A DNA stretch of 19,851 nucleotides, from assembly GCA_963813815.1 (NCBI GenBank), contig CAWFAD010000003.1, positions 1 to 19,851 on the forward strand. The letters are read 5' to 3'. Positions 1 through 8,387 of this stretch are shown one piece after another (within the stretch, counting starts at the first letter, position 1; each line of letters starts with the position of its first letter). Source of the stretch: an uncultured bacterium (lineage in GTDB: Bacteria; Krumholzibacteriota; Krumholzibacteriia; Krumholzibacteriales; Krumholzibacteriaceae). A program made the translations under genes and the position numbers. The notes under the pieces were generated by a model, which worked only from the letters and a program-made list of their open reading frames with translations, made no database searches and had not been told where the DNA came from.

Positions 1-356
1 AGACCCTGCGCGATCTGGAGCGCGAGGTCGAGCGCCTCGTCGATCGGGAGCGGCCCGCGGGCGATCTTGTCCTTCAGGCTCTCCCCCTCGACGAGCTCCA
101 TCGCCATGAAGAGCCGCCCCTCGGCCTCGTCGATTTCGTAGATCGTGCAGATGTTGGGATGGCCGAGGGAGGCGGCGGCCCGCGCCTCGTGGAGAAAGCG
201 CGCCCGCTCCTCGGGGCCCTCGACTCCGCGAGGCGAGATGAACTTGAGGGCGACGTCGCGGCCGAGCTTCGTGTCCTCGGCGCGGTAGACGACGCCCATG
301 CCTCCGGCGCCGAGCTCCTCGATGATTTTGTAATGGCTTACGATTCGCCCCTTCAT
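1..356 (-). CDS. Ser/Thr protein kinase (Hanks type), N-terminal part, truncated by the window edge
   Basis: Not in the ORF track; translated by hand from the ATG at 356: MKGRIVSHYKIIEELGAGGMGVVYRAEDTKLGRDVALKF...RFLHEARAAASLGHPNICTIYEI...FMAMELVEGESL. This shows the Gly-rich loop, VALK lysine, helix-C Glu and HPNI motif. Confidence 0.95.
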   Translation of the reverse strand, partial: MKGRIVSHYKIIEELGAGGMGVVYRAEDTKLGRDVALKFISPRGVEGPEERARFLHEARAAASLGHPNICTIYEIDEAEGRLFMAMELVEGESLKDKIARGPLPIDEALDLALQIAQG

Positions 357-365
357 GAGGGCCCT

Positions 366-394
366 ATGCTAGCAATTCGGCGGGAAAGTGTCAA
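366..394 (-). promoter_or_regulatory. sigma70-type promoter for the kinase gene
   Basis: Minus strand TTGACA (394-389), 17-nt spacer ending in TGC, TAGCAT (371-366), 9 nt before the ATG. Confidence 0.75.
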
Positions 395-419
395 TTTGTG
401 GCTGTGGTGCGGAGCGGCG

Positions 420-1970
420 TCATCTCAGGTAAATGATCTTCTTCGAATCCCTGAAATTGTCCATCGTGATCGAACATACGTACACGCCGGAAGCGACGCT
501 GCGTCCGGCCGCGTCCTTGCCCTTCCACACCGCGACGTGCGTCCCCGGCTCCACCGTCGCGCGTTGGATCATCGCCACGAGCTTGCCGGATATGTCGTAG
601 ATCCTGAGATACACTTCCGAGCGTTCGGCCACGGAGTAGACGATCGTCGTGGTGCCGTTGAAGGGGTTCGGGTAGTTCTGCTCGAGACGATTCGCGAACC
701 TCGGAAGGACGGCGCCCGCGTCGGTGTTCGCCTCGTAGATGCAGAACGGGGCGTCGCTCATGTCCATGCCGCCGACGCCGCCCGACGCGTAAGCCCTGAC
801 GAGGAGCTTCGCCGAGGGCGCCGGCACTGGGGGAACCTTCCAGACGAAGGCTCCGGTATCGTCGAGCCCCGACGCCACGGTCACGCCGTACGACGCGCCG
901 CCGTCCCTGCTGAGGAAGATGCCGATCGAATCGGGCGTCTCCCTGCCGGTCGTCCAGGTCACCGGATACTCGCCCCCCACGACGTAGCTCTCGCCGCCGT
1001 TCGGCGAATCCAGATGCACGAGGACGGGGCTCGGGTCGTACACGATCTGCATCGAGTTCGAGCCGATCATGAGATCCCCGTATTTAATCGAAAAGAATCC
1101 GTTCTCGCCCCACGAGTCTCCCCAGCTGTTCTTGCATATCCAGGCGCCCTGGCCGTTGCACGAGTTGTCGTTCCAGCCGACGATGATGACGGCGTGGTTG
1201 ATCCGGCCGTCCCCGGAACCGTTTCCCGGATCGTTTCCGGCGTTGCTCTCGTAGCATCCGCCCGTGTAGTAGAAGAAATCGCCCACCGCCATGAGCGTCG
1301 TCGAGACGGGGCCCCGGAGAAGTGCGTGCTTGATGTCGTTGATCGAGTTCGCCACCAAGACGCAGCCGGAGATGTGGGAGAGCGGGGTGCATGGTTCCTC
1401 GGCGCAGGGGATCGTGTCGGCGGCCTCGTAGGGCATGCAGGCTTCCGCGGCCATGCCCTGCCCCATGAAAACGCCGTACGCGTCGTACATCCATCCGCCG
1501 TCGCAGCTCCCGCCCGTCGTGTTGCAGGAGAGTATCTGTTGCTCGGAAAGGTCCTCGTATCTCTCGTCGTGGATCAGCATATGGCTCTCGAGCTCACCCG
1601 CCGCCGCGAACGCCCAGCATGAACCGCAGGAGGCCTGATCTCTCGCCGGCGTCACGTCCCCGTAGTCCAGCCAGCTGAAGCGCGAATCGGTGATTGCGCT
1701 GTCGGGCGGCTGGAATACCGGGATGCCGGCGAGCAGAGAATCGGGGGGCTGTACGTAGCCGCACATCAGCGCTTTTTCCGCCGCGGAGAGTCCGGAGACC
1801 GACGTTTTCCCAGCGGTCCAGGCGTACCCCTTTTCCGCGATCCTCCATCTGATTGCGGTGAGATGCGTGCCGTCGCTCTTCCCGGCGCGCGCGACGATCT
1901 CGGATAGGGAGACGACGCCGACGAGCGCGACGAGCGACGCCGCGAGCCCGAGGCGCGCCCGCCCCGCCAT
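420..1970 (-). CDS. Secreted papain-family (C1A) cysteine protease with an Ig-like domain and a FlgD/T9SS-type C-terminal domain
   Basis: Catalytic motifs [11 protein letters not shown] (Gln, Cys), INHAV (His) and KNSWG (Asn). Hydrophobic N-terminus [26 protein letters not shown]...VTW Ig-like module; [10 protein letters not shown]...YDISGKLV...WKGKD...VASGVY tail. Start moved from 2129 to the ATG at 1970, which has GGAG 7 nt upstream. Confidence 0.92.
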   Translation of the reverse strand: MAGRARLGLAASLVALVGVVSLSEIVARAGKSDGTHLTAIRWRIAEKGYAWTAGKTSVSGLSAAEKALMCGYVQPPDSLLAGIPVFQPPDSAITDSRFSWLDYGDVTPARDQASCGSCWAFAAAGELESHMLIHDERYEDLSEQQILSCNTTGGSCDGGWMYDAYGVFMGQGMAAEACMPYEAADTIPCAEEPCTPLSHISGCVLVANSINDIKHALLRGPVSTTLMAVGDFFYYTGGCYESNAGNDPGNGSGDGRINHAVIIVGWNDNSCNGQGAWICKNSWGDSWGENGFFSIKYGDLMIGSNSMQIVYDPSPVLVHLDSPNGGESYVVGGEYPVTWTTGRETPDSIGIFLSRDGGASYGVTVASGLDDTGAFVWKVPPVPAPSAKLLVRAYASGGVGGMDMSDAPFCIYEANTDAGAVLPRFANRLEQNYPNPFNGTTTIVYSVAERSEVYLRIYDISGKLVAMIQRATVEPGTHVAVWKGKDAAGRSVASGVYVCSITMDNFRDSKKIIYLR

Positions 1971-2050
1971 GCTATCGCTCCGTCTTTTCCCTCTTCCCGC
2001 CATGCAAAACCTCGTCCTTCGATACGAGCACGCTGTTCGTAGCAATTTAT

Positions 2051-2067
2051 TGCATAATGCGCGCCAA
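2051..2067 (-). promoter_or_regulatory. sigma54 (-24/-12) promoter candidate for the protease
   Basis: Minus strand TTGGCGCGCATTATGCA has GG-N10-GC spacing, close to YTGGCACGNNNNTTGCW, in an AT-rich intergenic patch about 80 nt upstream of the ATG. Confidence 0.6.
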
Positions 2068-2075
2068 TTTTGCCG

Positions 2076-2105
2076 TTGATTGGGCCTTCGCTCATCGGTT
2101 ACGCT
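2076..2105 (+). promoter_or_regulatory. Weak sigma70 promoter candidate for the PNP gene
   Basis: TTGATT-N18-TACGCT, about 40 nt upstream of the GTG start. Confidence 0.3.
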
Positions 2106-2145
2106 AGGGCGCTCGAATCGCGGCGTCATCGAGAAAGGGGTGCCC

Positions 2146-2973
2146 GTGGCCGGTCTCTACGAACGAATCAGGGAAAGCGCCTCGCACATACGGGCGAAGG
2201 CGAACGTCAAGCCGACCTTCGGCATCATTCTCGGGAGCGGTCTCGGCGCGCTCGCGCGCGAGATCGAGGTCGAGGCGAAAATCCCCTACGGAGACATCCC
2301 CCATTTTCCCGTGTCGACCGTGAAGGGGCTCCACGCCGGCAATCTCGTTCTCGGCGAGCTCTCCGGCAAGCGCGTCGTCGCCATGGAAGGGCGCGTCCAC
2401 TACTACGAGGGGTACACGCTCGAGCAGGTCACCTTTCCGATACGCGTCATGAAGGCGCTCGGAGCGCGCTCGCTCATTCTCACCTCGGCCGTGGGAGGCA
2501 TGAGCCCGGAGCTCGCGCCCGGCGACGTCGTCGCCGTCACCGACCACATCAACCTCATGGGGGACAACCCGCTCATCGGCCCGAACGACGAGCGGCTCGG
2601 GCCCCGTTTCCCCGACATGAGCGAGCCGTACCGGCGCTCCTACGTCGCGCTGCTCGAGAAGGTCGCCGCCGACGTGAAGATCCCCGTGAAACGGGGCGTT
2701 CTCGCCGCCGTCGCGGGGCCCAATCTCGAGACCGCCGCCGAGTACCGTTTTCTCCGCCGCATCGGCGCCGATATCGTCGGGATGTCGATGGTGCCCGAGA
2801 CGATCGTCGCCGTGCACGGGGGCATGAAGGTGCTCGGCGTCTCCGTCGTGACCGACAAGGCCGATCCCGACCACCTCGAGCCCGTGGACATCCGCCAGAT
2901 TCTCGCGACCGCCAAGCGGGGCGAGGCCAAGCTCCGCACCCTCGTCATGGAGTTTCTGCGGCGCGCGCGGTGA
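2146..2973 (+). CDS. punA: Purine nucleoside phosphorylase (trimeric PNP-I/XapA-like family)
   Basis: Motifs [24 protein letters not shown]-like, [33 protein letters not shown] and VGMS.VPE. Probable GTG start at 2146 after AAAGGGG. Confidence 0.93.
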   Translation: MAGLYERIRESASHIRAKANVKPTFGIILGSGLGALAREIEVEAKIPYGDIPHFPVSTVKGLHAGNLVLGELSGKRVVAMEGRVHYYEGYTLEQVTFPIRVMKALGARSLILTSAVGGMSPELAPGDVVAVTDHINLMGDNPLIGPNDERLGPRFPDMSEPYRRSYVALLEKVAADVKIPVKRGVLAAVAGPNLETAAEYRFLRRIGADIVGMSMVPETIVAVHGGMKVLGVSVVTDKADPDHLEPVDIRQILATAKRGEAKLRTLVMEFLRRAR

Positions 2974-5900
2974 CCGCCGCCGCGGGACGCCGCGGCGCGA
3001 ACCACTCGTAGAGCGCCGGTATGAAGAAGAGCGTGACGAAGGTCGAAGAGACGAGCCCGAAGACGACCACGACGGCGAGCGGACGCTGAACCTCCGACCC
3101 CATTCCCCGCGCGAAGAGAAGCGGCGTGAGCCCGAGCACGGTCGTGAGCGCCGTGAGCAGCACGGGGCGCAGCCGGAGCAGAGCCCCTTCCTTCACCGCG
3201 CGCGAGGCCTCGATCCCCGATCGTCTCAGCTCGTCGATATAGGTCACGAGGATGAGTCCGTTCTGCACCGCGATGCCGAAGAGCGCGATGAACCCCACGG
3301 CCGCCGGCACGGAGAGGTATTCTCCGAATATGAAGAGCCCGAGCACCCCGCCGATGAGCGCGAGAGGGACGTTCGTGAAAATGAGGAGCGCCGAGCGGAG
3401 CGCGCCGAGCGAGAGATACAGCATGAGAAATATCGCCGCGAGCGCCGCGGGGACGATGATCGCGAGGCGCCGCATGGCGCGCTGCTGATTTTCGAACTGG
3501 CCGCCGAACTCGACGTGGTAGCCGGGGGGAAGCTCCACCCGCTCCCCGATCCGCTCGCGCATGTCGGCGACGACGCCTCCGAGGTCGCGGCCGCGCACGT
3601 TCGCCGTGACGGCCCACCGGCGCTCGTTGCGCTCGCGGCTCACGAAGATGGGTCCGGTGAGGCTTCGGATGCCGGCGACGACGGAGAGCGGCACCGAGCC
3701 GCCGTCGCGCGTCGGCACCATGAGCGCGCCGATCGCCGCGGGCTCCGAGCGGTACGGCTCCTGATATCGCACCTGAAGGTCGAAGCGCCGCGTGCCGAGA
3801 TACACCTGATCGACCGCCTTGCCGCCGACGCCGATCTCGACCGTTTCGAGCACGTCGGCGACGTCGACGCCGTAGCGGGCGCAGGCGTAGCGGTCGGGGA
3901 CGACCTGCACCTGCGGCTGCCCGAAGCTCTGCTCGACCGAGAGATCGACGAGCCCCGGGATCCCCTCGACCGCGGCCCGCATCTCCTCGGCCTTCGCGCG
4001 CAGCACGGCGAGATCCTCCCCGTACACCTTGACGGCGAGCTGCGTGCGCACGCCCGAGAGCAGCTCGTCGAACATGTTCTGGATCGGCTGTGAGAACGTG
4101 AGCTGCACGCCGGGATACTCGGCGAGCTTCGCGTTGAGCGCCTCGACGATCTCCGCCTTGCTTCCGTAGCTCTTCCACTCGGAGCGGGGCCGAAGCGCCA
4201 CCTGAATGTGCGCGGAGTTGACGGGGTGGGGGTGGCTTCCCGCCTCCGGACGGCCGATCTTGGCCACCGTGTGCTCCACCTCGCCGATGGCGCGGATTTC
4301 GCGCTCGAGCTTCATGATCGTTTCCGTGGCGCGCTCGAGCGAGATCGAGGGGGCCATGGCCACGTTCACCTGAATCACTCCTTCCTCGAGGACGGGAATG
4401 AACTCCGTCCCGAGGCGGGGCAGGAGCGCGACGGCTACCGCGAAGGCGGCGACGGTCGCGACGACGACCGCCTTTTTCCGCCGCAGCGCCGATGCGAGGA
4501 GCGGCCGGTAGGCGCGCATGAGCCAGTCCATGCAGCGCGGACAGTCGCGCGGCTTCACGCGGAGCAGGAGAGAGGAGAGAACGGGCGCGAAGACGAGCGC
4601 CGCGACGATCGAGCCGCCGAGCGCGAAGCTGATCGTAAACGCCATGGGGGAGAACATCTTGCCCTCGACCCCCTCGAGGGAGAAGAGCGGGAGAAACACG
4701 ACGATGATGATGGCGACCGAAAAGAGGATCGGGCGCGCCACCTCGGCGCTCGCCGAGGCGATCGTGTCGAGCCGCTTGCGCCCGGCGTTTTTCTCCTCGG
4801 CGAGGTGCCGGCAGATGTTCTCGACGATCACGATCGATGCGTCTCCGAGCATGCCGATCGCGATCGCGATTCCCCCGAGGGACATGAGGTTGGCCGAGAG
4901 GCCGTTCCAGCCCATGAAGAGCGCCGCGACGAGGGCGCAGAGCGGAAGCGCGAGCGCGACGATGAGCGCGCCGCGAAGGTGGCCGAGGAGGACGATGAGC
5001 GTCGCGACGACGAGCACCGCCCCCTGCCAGAGCGCGCTTTTCATGGTGCCGACGGCGCTCGTGACGAGCGTTCCCTGATTGTAGTAGGGCACGAGCCGGA
5101 CGCCGGGGGGGAGCGATTTTTGTATCTCCTCGAACTCCGCGTCGAGCCGCTCGATCACGCGGGAGGTGTTCTCGCCGTAGAGCTTCACGACGATGCCCGC
5201 GACGACCTCCTCCGTGCCGTCGAGCGTCACGACGCCGCGGCGCACGGCGTCGCCGTACTGGACGGCGGCGAGATCGCCGAGGCGGACGGGCGTGCCGTTC
5301 GAGACCTTCACCTGTATGCCGGCGAGGTCTTCCTTCGTCTCGATGAGGCCGACGCCGCGAACGAGGTGCTCCTCGGCGCCGAGCACGAGAAACTGTCCGC
5401 CGGCGTTGCGGTTGTTGGCCGTTATCGCCGAGACGATCTCGTCGAGGGCGACGCCGAACGAGCGCATCGCGTGCGGGTCGAGATTCACCTGATACTGGAG
5501 CACGTGGCCGCCCATCGAGAGCACGTCGGTGACCCCGGGGACGGTCATGAGCCTCGTGCTCACGACCCAGTCGTTGAGCTCGCGGAGCCACGTGAGCGGC
5601 TCCTTGCCGCCGGTCGATGCGGTCGAGTCGGCCCGGAGGTAGTACATGAACACCTCGCCGAGGCCGGTCGATATCGGGCCGAGCGTCGGAGGCTCCTCGA
5701 GATCGGGCAGCGACGCCGACGCCGTGCCGAGGCGGTCCGCGACGAGCCGGCGGGCGAAGTAGACGTCGACGTCGTCCTCGAAGTAGACGTACACGACGGC
5801 CATGCCGAAGGCCGAAGTCGATTTGACGAGGGAGACGCCGGGAAGCCCGCTCATCGCCGACTCGATCGGATACGCGATGAGCCGCTCGATCTCCTCGGGG

Positions 5901-6067
5901 GCCATGCCGTGCGCCTCGACGAAGACGGGAACCATGACGGGCGAAATGTCGGGGAACGCGTCGGTCGGGAGCCTCGTGTACCCGTAGACGCCGAAGCCGA
6001 TGAGCGCCGAGAGGGCGATGACGACGACGAGGCGGTTTCGCAGGAGGAATTCGAAATACGATTTCAT
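2945..6067 (-). CDS. Heavy-metal efflux RND permease (CusA/CzcA family)
   Basis: 1040 aa with DAFPDIS, PEEIERLI.YPIE, LGPISTGLGE, ANLMSLGG, DASIVIVEN, GVEGKMF.PMA, GFIALFGIAVQNG, RLRPVL.TA and GSEVQRPLA motifs. AGGAG RBS before the ATG. Confidence 0.95.
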   Translation of the reverse strand: MKSYFEFLLRNRLVVVIALSALIGFGVYGYTRLPTDAFPDISPVMVPVFVEAHGMAPEEIERLIAYPIESAMSGLPGVSLVKSTSAFGMAVVYVYFEDDVDVYFARRLVADRLGTASASLPDLEEPPTLGPISTGLGEVFMYYLRADSTASTGGKEPLTWLRELNDWVVSTRLMTVPGVTDVLSMGGHVLQYQVNLDPHAMRSFGVALDEIVSAITANNRNAGGQFLVLGAEEHLVRGVGLIETKEDLAGIQVKVSNGTPVRLGDLAAVQYGDAVRRGVVTLDGTEEVVAGIVVKLYGENTSRVIERLDAEFEEIQKSLPPGVRLVPYYNQGTLVTSAVGTMKSALWQGAVLVVATLIVLLGHLRGALIVALALPLCALVAALFMGWNGLSANLMSLGGIAIAIGMLGDASIVIVENICRHLAEEKNAGRKRLDTIASASAEVARPILFSVAIIIVVFLPLFSLEGVEGKMFSPMAFTISFALGGSIVAALVFAPVLSSLLLRVKPRDCPRCMDWLMRAYRPLLASALRRKKAVVVATVAAFAVAVALLPRLGTEFIPVLEEGVIQVNVAMAPSISLERATETIMKLEREIRAIGEVEHTVAKIGRPEAGSHPHPVNSAHIQVALRPRSEWKSYGSKAEIVEALNAKLAEYPGVQLTFSQPIQNMFDELLSGVRTQLAVKVYGEDLAVLRAKAEEMRAAVEGIPGLVDLSVEQSFGQPQVQVVPDRYACARYGVDVADVLETVEIGVGGKAVDQVYLGTRRFDLQVRYQEPYRSEPAAIGALMVPTRDGGSVPLSVVAGIRSLTGPIFVSRERNERRWAVTANVRGRDLGGVVADMRERIGERVELPPGYHVEFGGQFENQQRAMRRLAIIVPAALAAIFLMLYLSLGALRSALLIFTNVPLALIGGVLGLFIFGEYLSVPAAVGFIALFGIAVQNGLILVTYIDELRRSGIEASRAVKEGALLRLRPVLLTALTTVLGLTPLLFARGMGSEVQRPLAVVVVFGLVSSTFVTLFFIPALYEWFAPRRPAAAVTARAAETP

Positions 6068-6080
6068 ATGGCGGCTCCTC

Positions 6081-7075
6081 CTAGTGACCGTGTCCGGCGT
6101 GCTCGCCGGCCTCGCGGGTCACGATCTCGGCCTTGATGTCGAATGCGCCTTCGGCGGCGTACCGCGTCCCGAGGGGCGGGCCCTCGGCGAGCTCGACGAG
6201 CGCGCCGTCGCTCCGCGCGGTCTTGACGGGAACGGGCAGAAACTCTCCCGCCTCGTCCCCCTCGACGAAGATCACCGTCGCCCCGCCGAGAATCTGAATG
6301 GCGTCGCGCTCGACGGCGGGCACCGGCTCTCCCGCCGGAACGCGGACGAGCCCGCGGATGAACACGCCGGGCCGCCACGGTCCGCCGCCCGCTATGACGG
6401 CCCGCACGACGGCCGTCCGCTTGGCCGGATCGAAGACCGGCGAGACGTAACCGATCGTCGCGTCCACCGACGCGTCCGATCCGACGGCCTTGATCGTGAT
6501 CGGCAGCCCAATGCGGACGGAGGAGAGATCGTCGGCGAATATCTCGCAGTCGGCCCACACGGTCGAGAGGTCGGCGACGACGAAGAGATCGCGGTCCTCG
6601 GCGACGAACTCCCCGAGAGCGGCGTGAACGTCGACGACGCGCCCCGCGATCGGCGCCTCGATCGCGTAGGGAGTGAGGCTCGTGTTGCTCTCGACGACGG
6701 CGAGCGTTTCTCCGCGGCGCACCTCGTCGCCGAGCCGCTTGCGAACCTCGCGGATCGCGCCCGCGTAGCGGGGCGTGATGTGGATCAGGCGCTCCTCGTT
6801 GTAGCCGATCTCGCCGGGGATCTCGATCGTCCGCGCGATGGGCGAGAGAATGATCTCGCGGATTTCGATGCCGGCGAGGCGCATCGCCTCCGGCGAAAGC
6901 CTCACGACGTCCTCCTCGTGGCCGTGGGCCGCCTCCGCCGCCGCCTCTCAGCGCCGCGGCCCGCCGCGTTCGCCGGGGCCTTTCCCTCGTTTCCCGCGCC
7001 GCCGCGGCAGCCCGCCGCGAGAAGGGCGAGGGCGAGAGTCGCGGCGGCGGCCATCCCTCGATATGCGATCTTCAT
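6081..7075 (-). CDS. RND periplasmic adaptor (CzcB/CusB-like lipoprotein), apparent 1-nt deletion near 6945-6950
   Basis: The ATG at 7075 (AAGGA RBS) gives the lipoprotein signal MKIAYRGMAAAATLALALLAAG-C. The frame then switches to EAAAEAAHGHEEDVVRLSPEA..., continuing through LGDEV..GE.L, APIAG.V, ADLSTVW and C-terminal EHAGHGH. The 995-nt span is one base short of a whole number of codons. Confidence 0.88.
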
Positions 7076-7087
7076 TGCGTCATCCTT

Positions 7088-8320
7088 TCAGTCGTCGGTG
7101 AAAACGTCCGCCCGGTGGCCCGTGATCGCCAGTATGTCGGCGGCCGCCGAGGCGCGCTCGGCGAGCAGATCGATGCGCCGGAGCTTGATGCGCGCGAGAT
7201 CGCGGCGCGACTCGTTGAGCTCGAGAAAGCTCACGGCGCCGCTTTCGTAGTAGGCCCTGATGCGCTCGTACGCGGCCTCCGCGCGCGGGACGATCTCCGC
7301 GTCGAGGGCGCCGAGGGCGCCGCACGCTCCGTCGAATCCGGCCCACGCCGTGAGGAGCTCCGCCTCCGCGCGGCCGAGCGCCTCGCGCTCCTCGCTCCCG
7401 GCGGCGGCGAGCAGATGCTCGCGCTCCCTGACGGCAGCGGCGTTTCGATTCCAAACGGGGAGTGGAATCGACGCGGAGAGGGCGAGGGCGGCGTCGCCGC
7501 TCCCGCCGTAGCGAATGACCCCCGCGCCGACGTCGATATCGGGATACCGGGCGGCCCGCTCGCCGGCGAGCTCGGCCGCGATCCGCGCGCCCTCCGCGCC
7601 GAACCGCCGCGAGACGGGGTGCGAGCGCGCGAGCGCTCGAAGGGTGTCGAGCGGCGGCAGGGCGAGCGACTCGGCGAGACGCCCAGCCGGCTCGAGCGGA
7701 TCGGCCGACGGCTCTCCCCAGAGAGCCGTGAGGGCGATCGAGGCCTTCTCGACCTCGCGGCGCAGCGTCGCGCGCTCCGCCCGCAGCTCCTCGAGAGCGA
7801 TCCGCGCCTGAATGAGATCGCTCTCCCGCGCCGCGCCGGCGCGAACGCGCCGCTCGATCATCGCGAGCGCCGTCTCCGCGTGCCCGATCGCCGTGCCGGC
7901 GAGATCGACCCTGTCCCGGGCCGCGAGCAGCGCGGCGAAGCGCCGGAGCGTTTCGGCCTCGAGCCCGATCGCCCTCGCGTCGTAGGCGAGGGACGCCGAG
8001 AGCGCCCCGGCCCTCGCCGCGTCCGCCCGCGCCGCGCGTTTTCCGCCGAGCTCGATCGTCTGGCCGAGGCCGAGCTCGATCTCCTCGTCTCCGAGGTCCT
8101 CGACCCGCGCCTCGACGCGCGGATTGGGCAGGGCGTTCGCCTGAAGGGCGGCCGCGCGCGCCGACTCGGCGATGAGCCGCGCGGCTTCGAGACCGTAGCT
8201 GCGCTCGATGACGCGCCGCAGCGCCTCTTCGAACGCCACCGGCTCGCAGCGCGCCGGCGAGGCGTTCGCCATGATGATTGCGCCGAGAAGAATGCAAAGC
8301 GTCCGCACGAAAGCTCCCAT
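7088..8320 (-). CDS. TolC/CzcC-family outer-membrane efflux protein
   Basis: Signal peptide; LPNP, LGQTIELGGKRAAR, YPDIDVGAG, SIPLPVWNRN and YESGAVSFLEL motifs typical of CzcC-like channels; AGGAG RBS; first structural gene of the tripartite pump. Confidence 0.92.
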   Translation of the reverse strand: MGAFVRTLCILLGAIIMANASPARCEPVAFEEALRRVIERSYGLEAARLIAESARAAALQANALPNPRVEARVEDLGDEEIELGLGQTIELGGKRAARADAARAGALSASLAYDARAIGLEAETLRRFAALLAARDRVDLAGTAIGHAETALAMIERRVRAGAARESDLIQARIALEELRAERATLRREVEKASIALTALWGEPSADPLEPAGRLAESLALPPLDTLRALARSHPVSRRFGAEGARIAAELAGERAARYPDIDVGAGVIRYGGSGDAALALSASIPLPVWNRNAAAVREREHLLAAAGSEEREALGRAEAELLTAWAGFDGACGALGALDAEIVPRAEAAYERIRAYYESGAVSFLELNESRRDLARIKLRRIDLLAERASAAADILAITGHRADVFTDD

Positions 8321-8321
8321 C

Positions 8322-8387
8322 GCTACTCCTTTCGCCCATCGGGGCGGTGAGCGTGACTCCGAACTCGGAAAATGGGCGTGGAGCGGC
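8322..8387 (-). promoter_or_regulatory. Predicted stem-loop sequestering the tolC-like RBS
   Basis: On the minus strand, GCCGCTCC-A-CGCCCAT directly after the leader stop can pair with ATGGGCG-AAA-GGAGTAGC, which contains the SD. An inner hairpin TCCG-AGTT-CGGA is at 8358-8369. Paired by eye, not computed. Confidence 0.6.

Noticed and set aside
159..1622. 487-aa + strand ORF
   Set aside because: Antisense shadow of the kinase and protease; no motifs; expected in high-GC DNA.
1971..2129. N-terminal extension of the protease ORF to 2129
   Set aside because: It crosses the AT-rich promoter region; the signal peptide and RBS fit the ATG at 1970.
2640..5591. 983-aa Arg-rich minus-strand ORF
   Set aside because: Alternative frame of the RND pump; Arg/Ala/Gly-rich composition typical of off-frame GC-rich sequence.
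6948..6950. In-frame TGA before the adaptor body as selenocysteine or readthrough
   Set aside because: The frame upstream of this TGA does not encode the signal peptide, which lies in another frame; an indel explains it better.
4208..8350. Long + strand ORFs (642, 416 and 411 aa) over the efflux genes
   Set aside because: Antisense shadows of recognisable genes.
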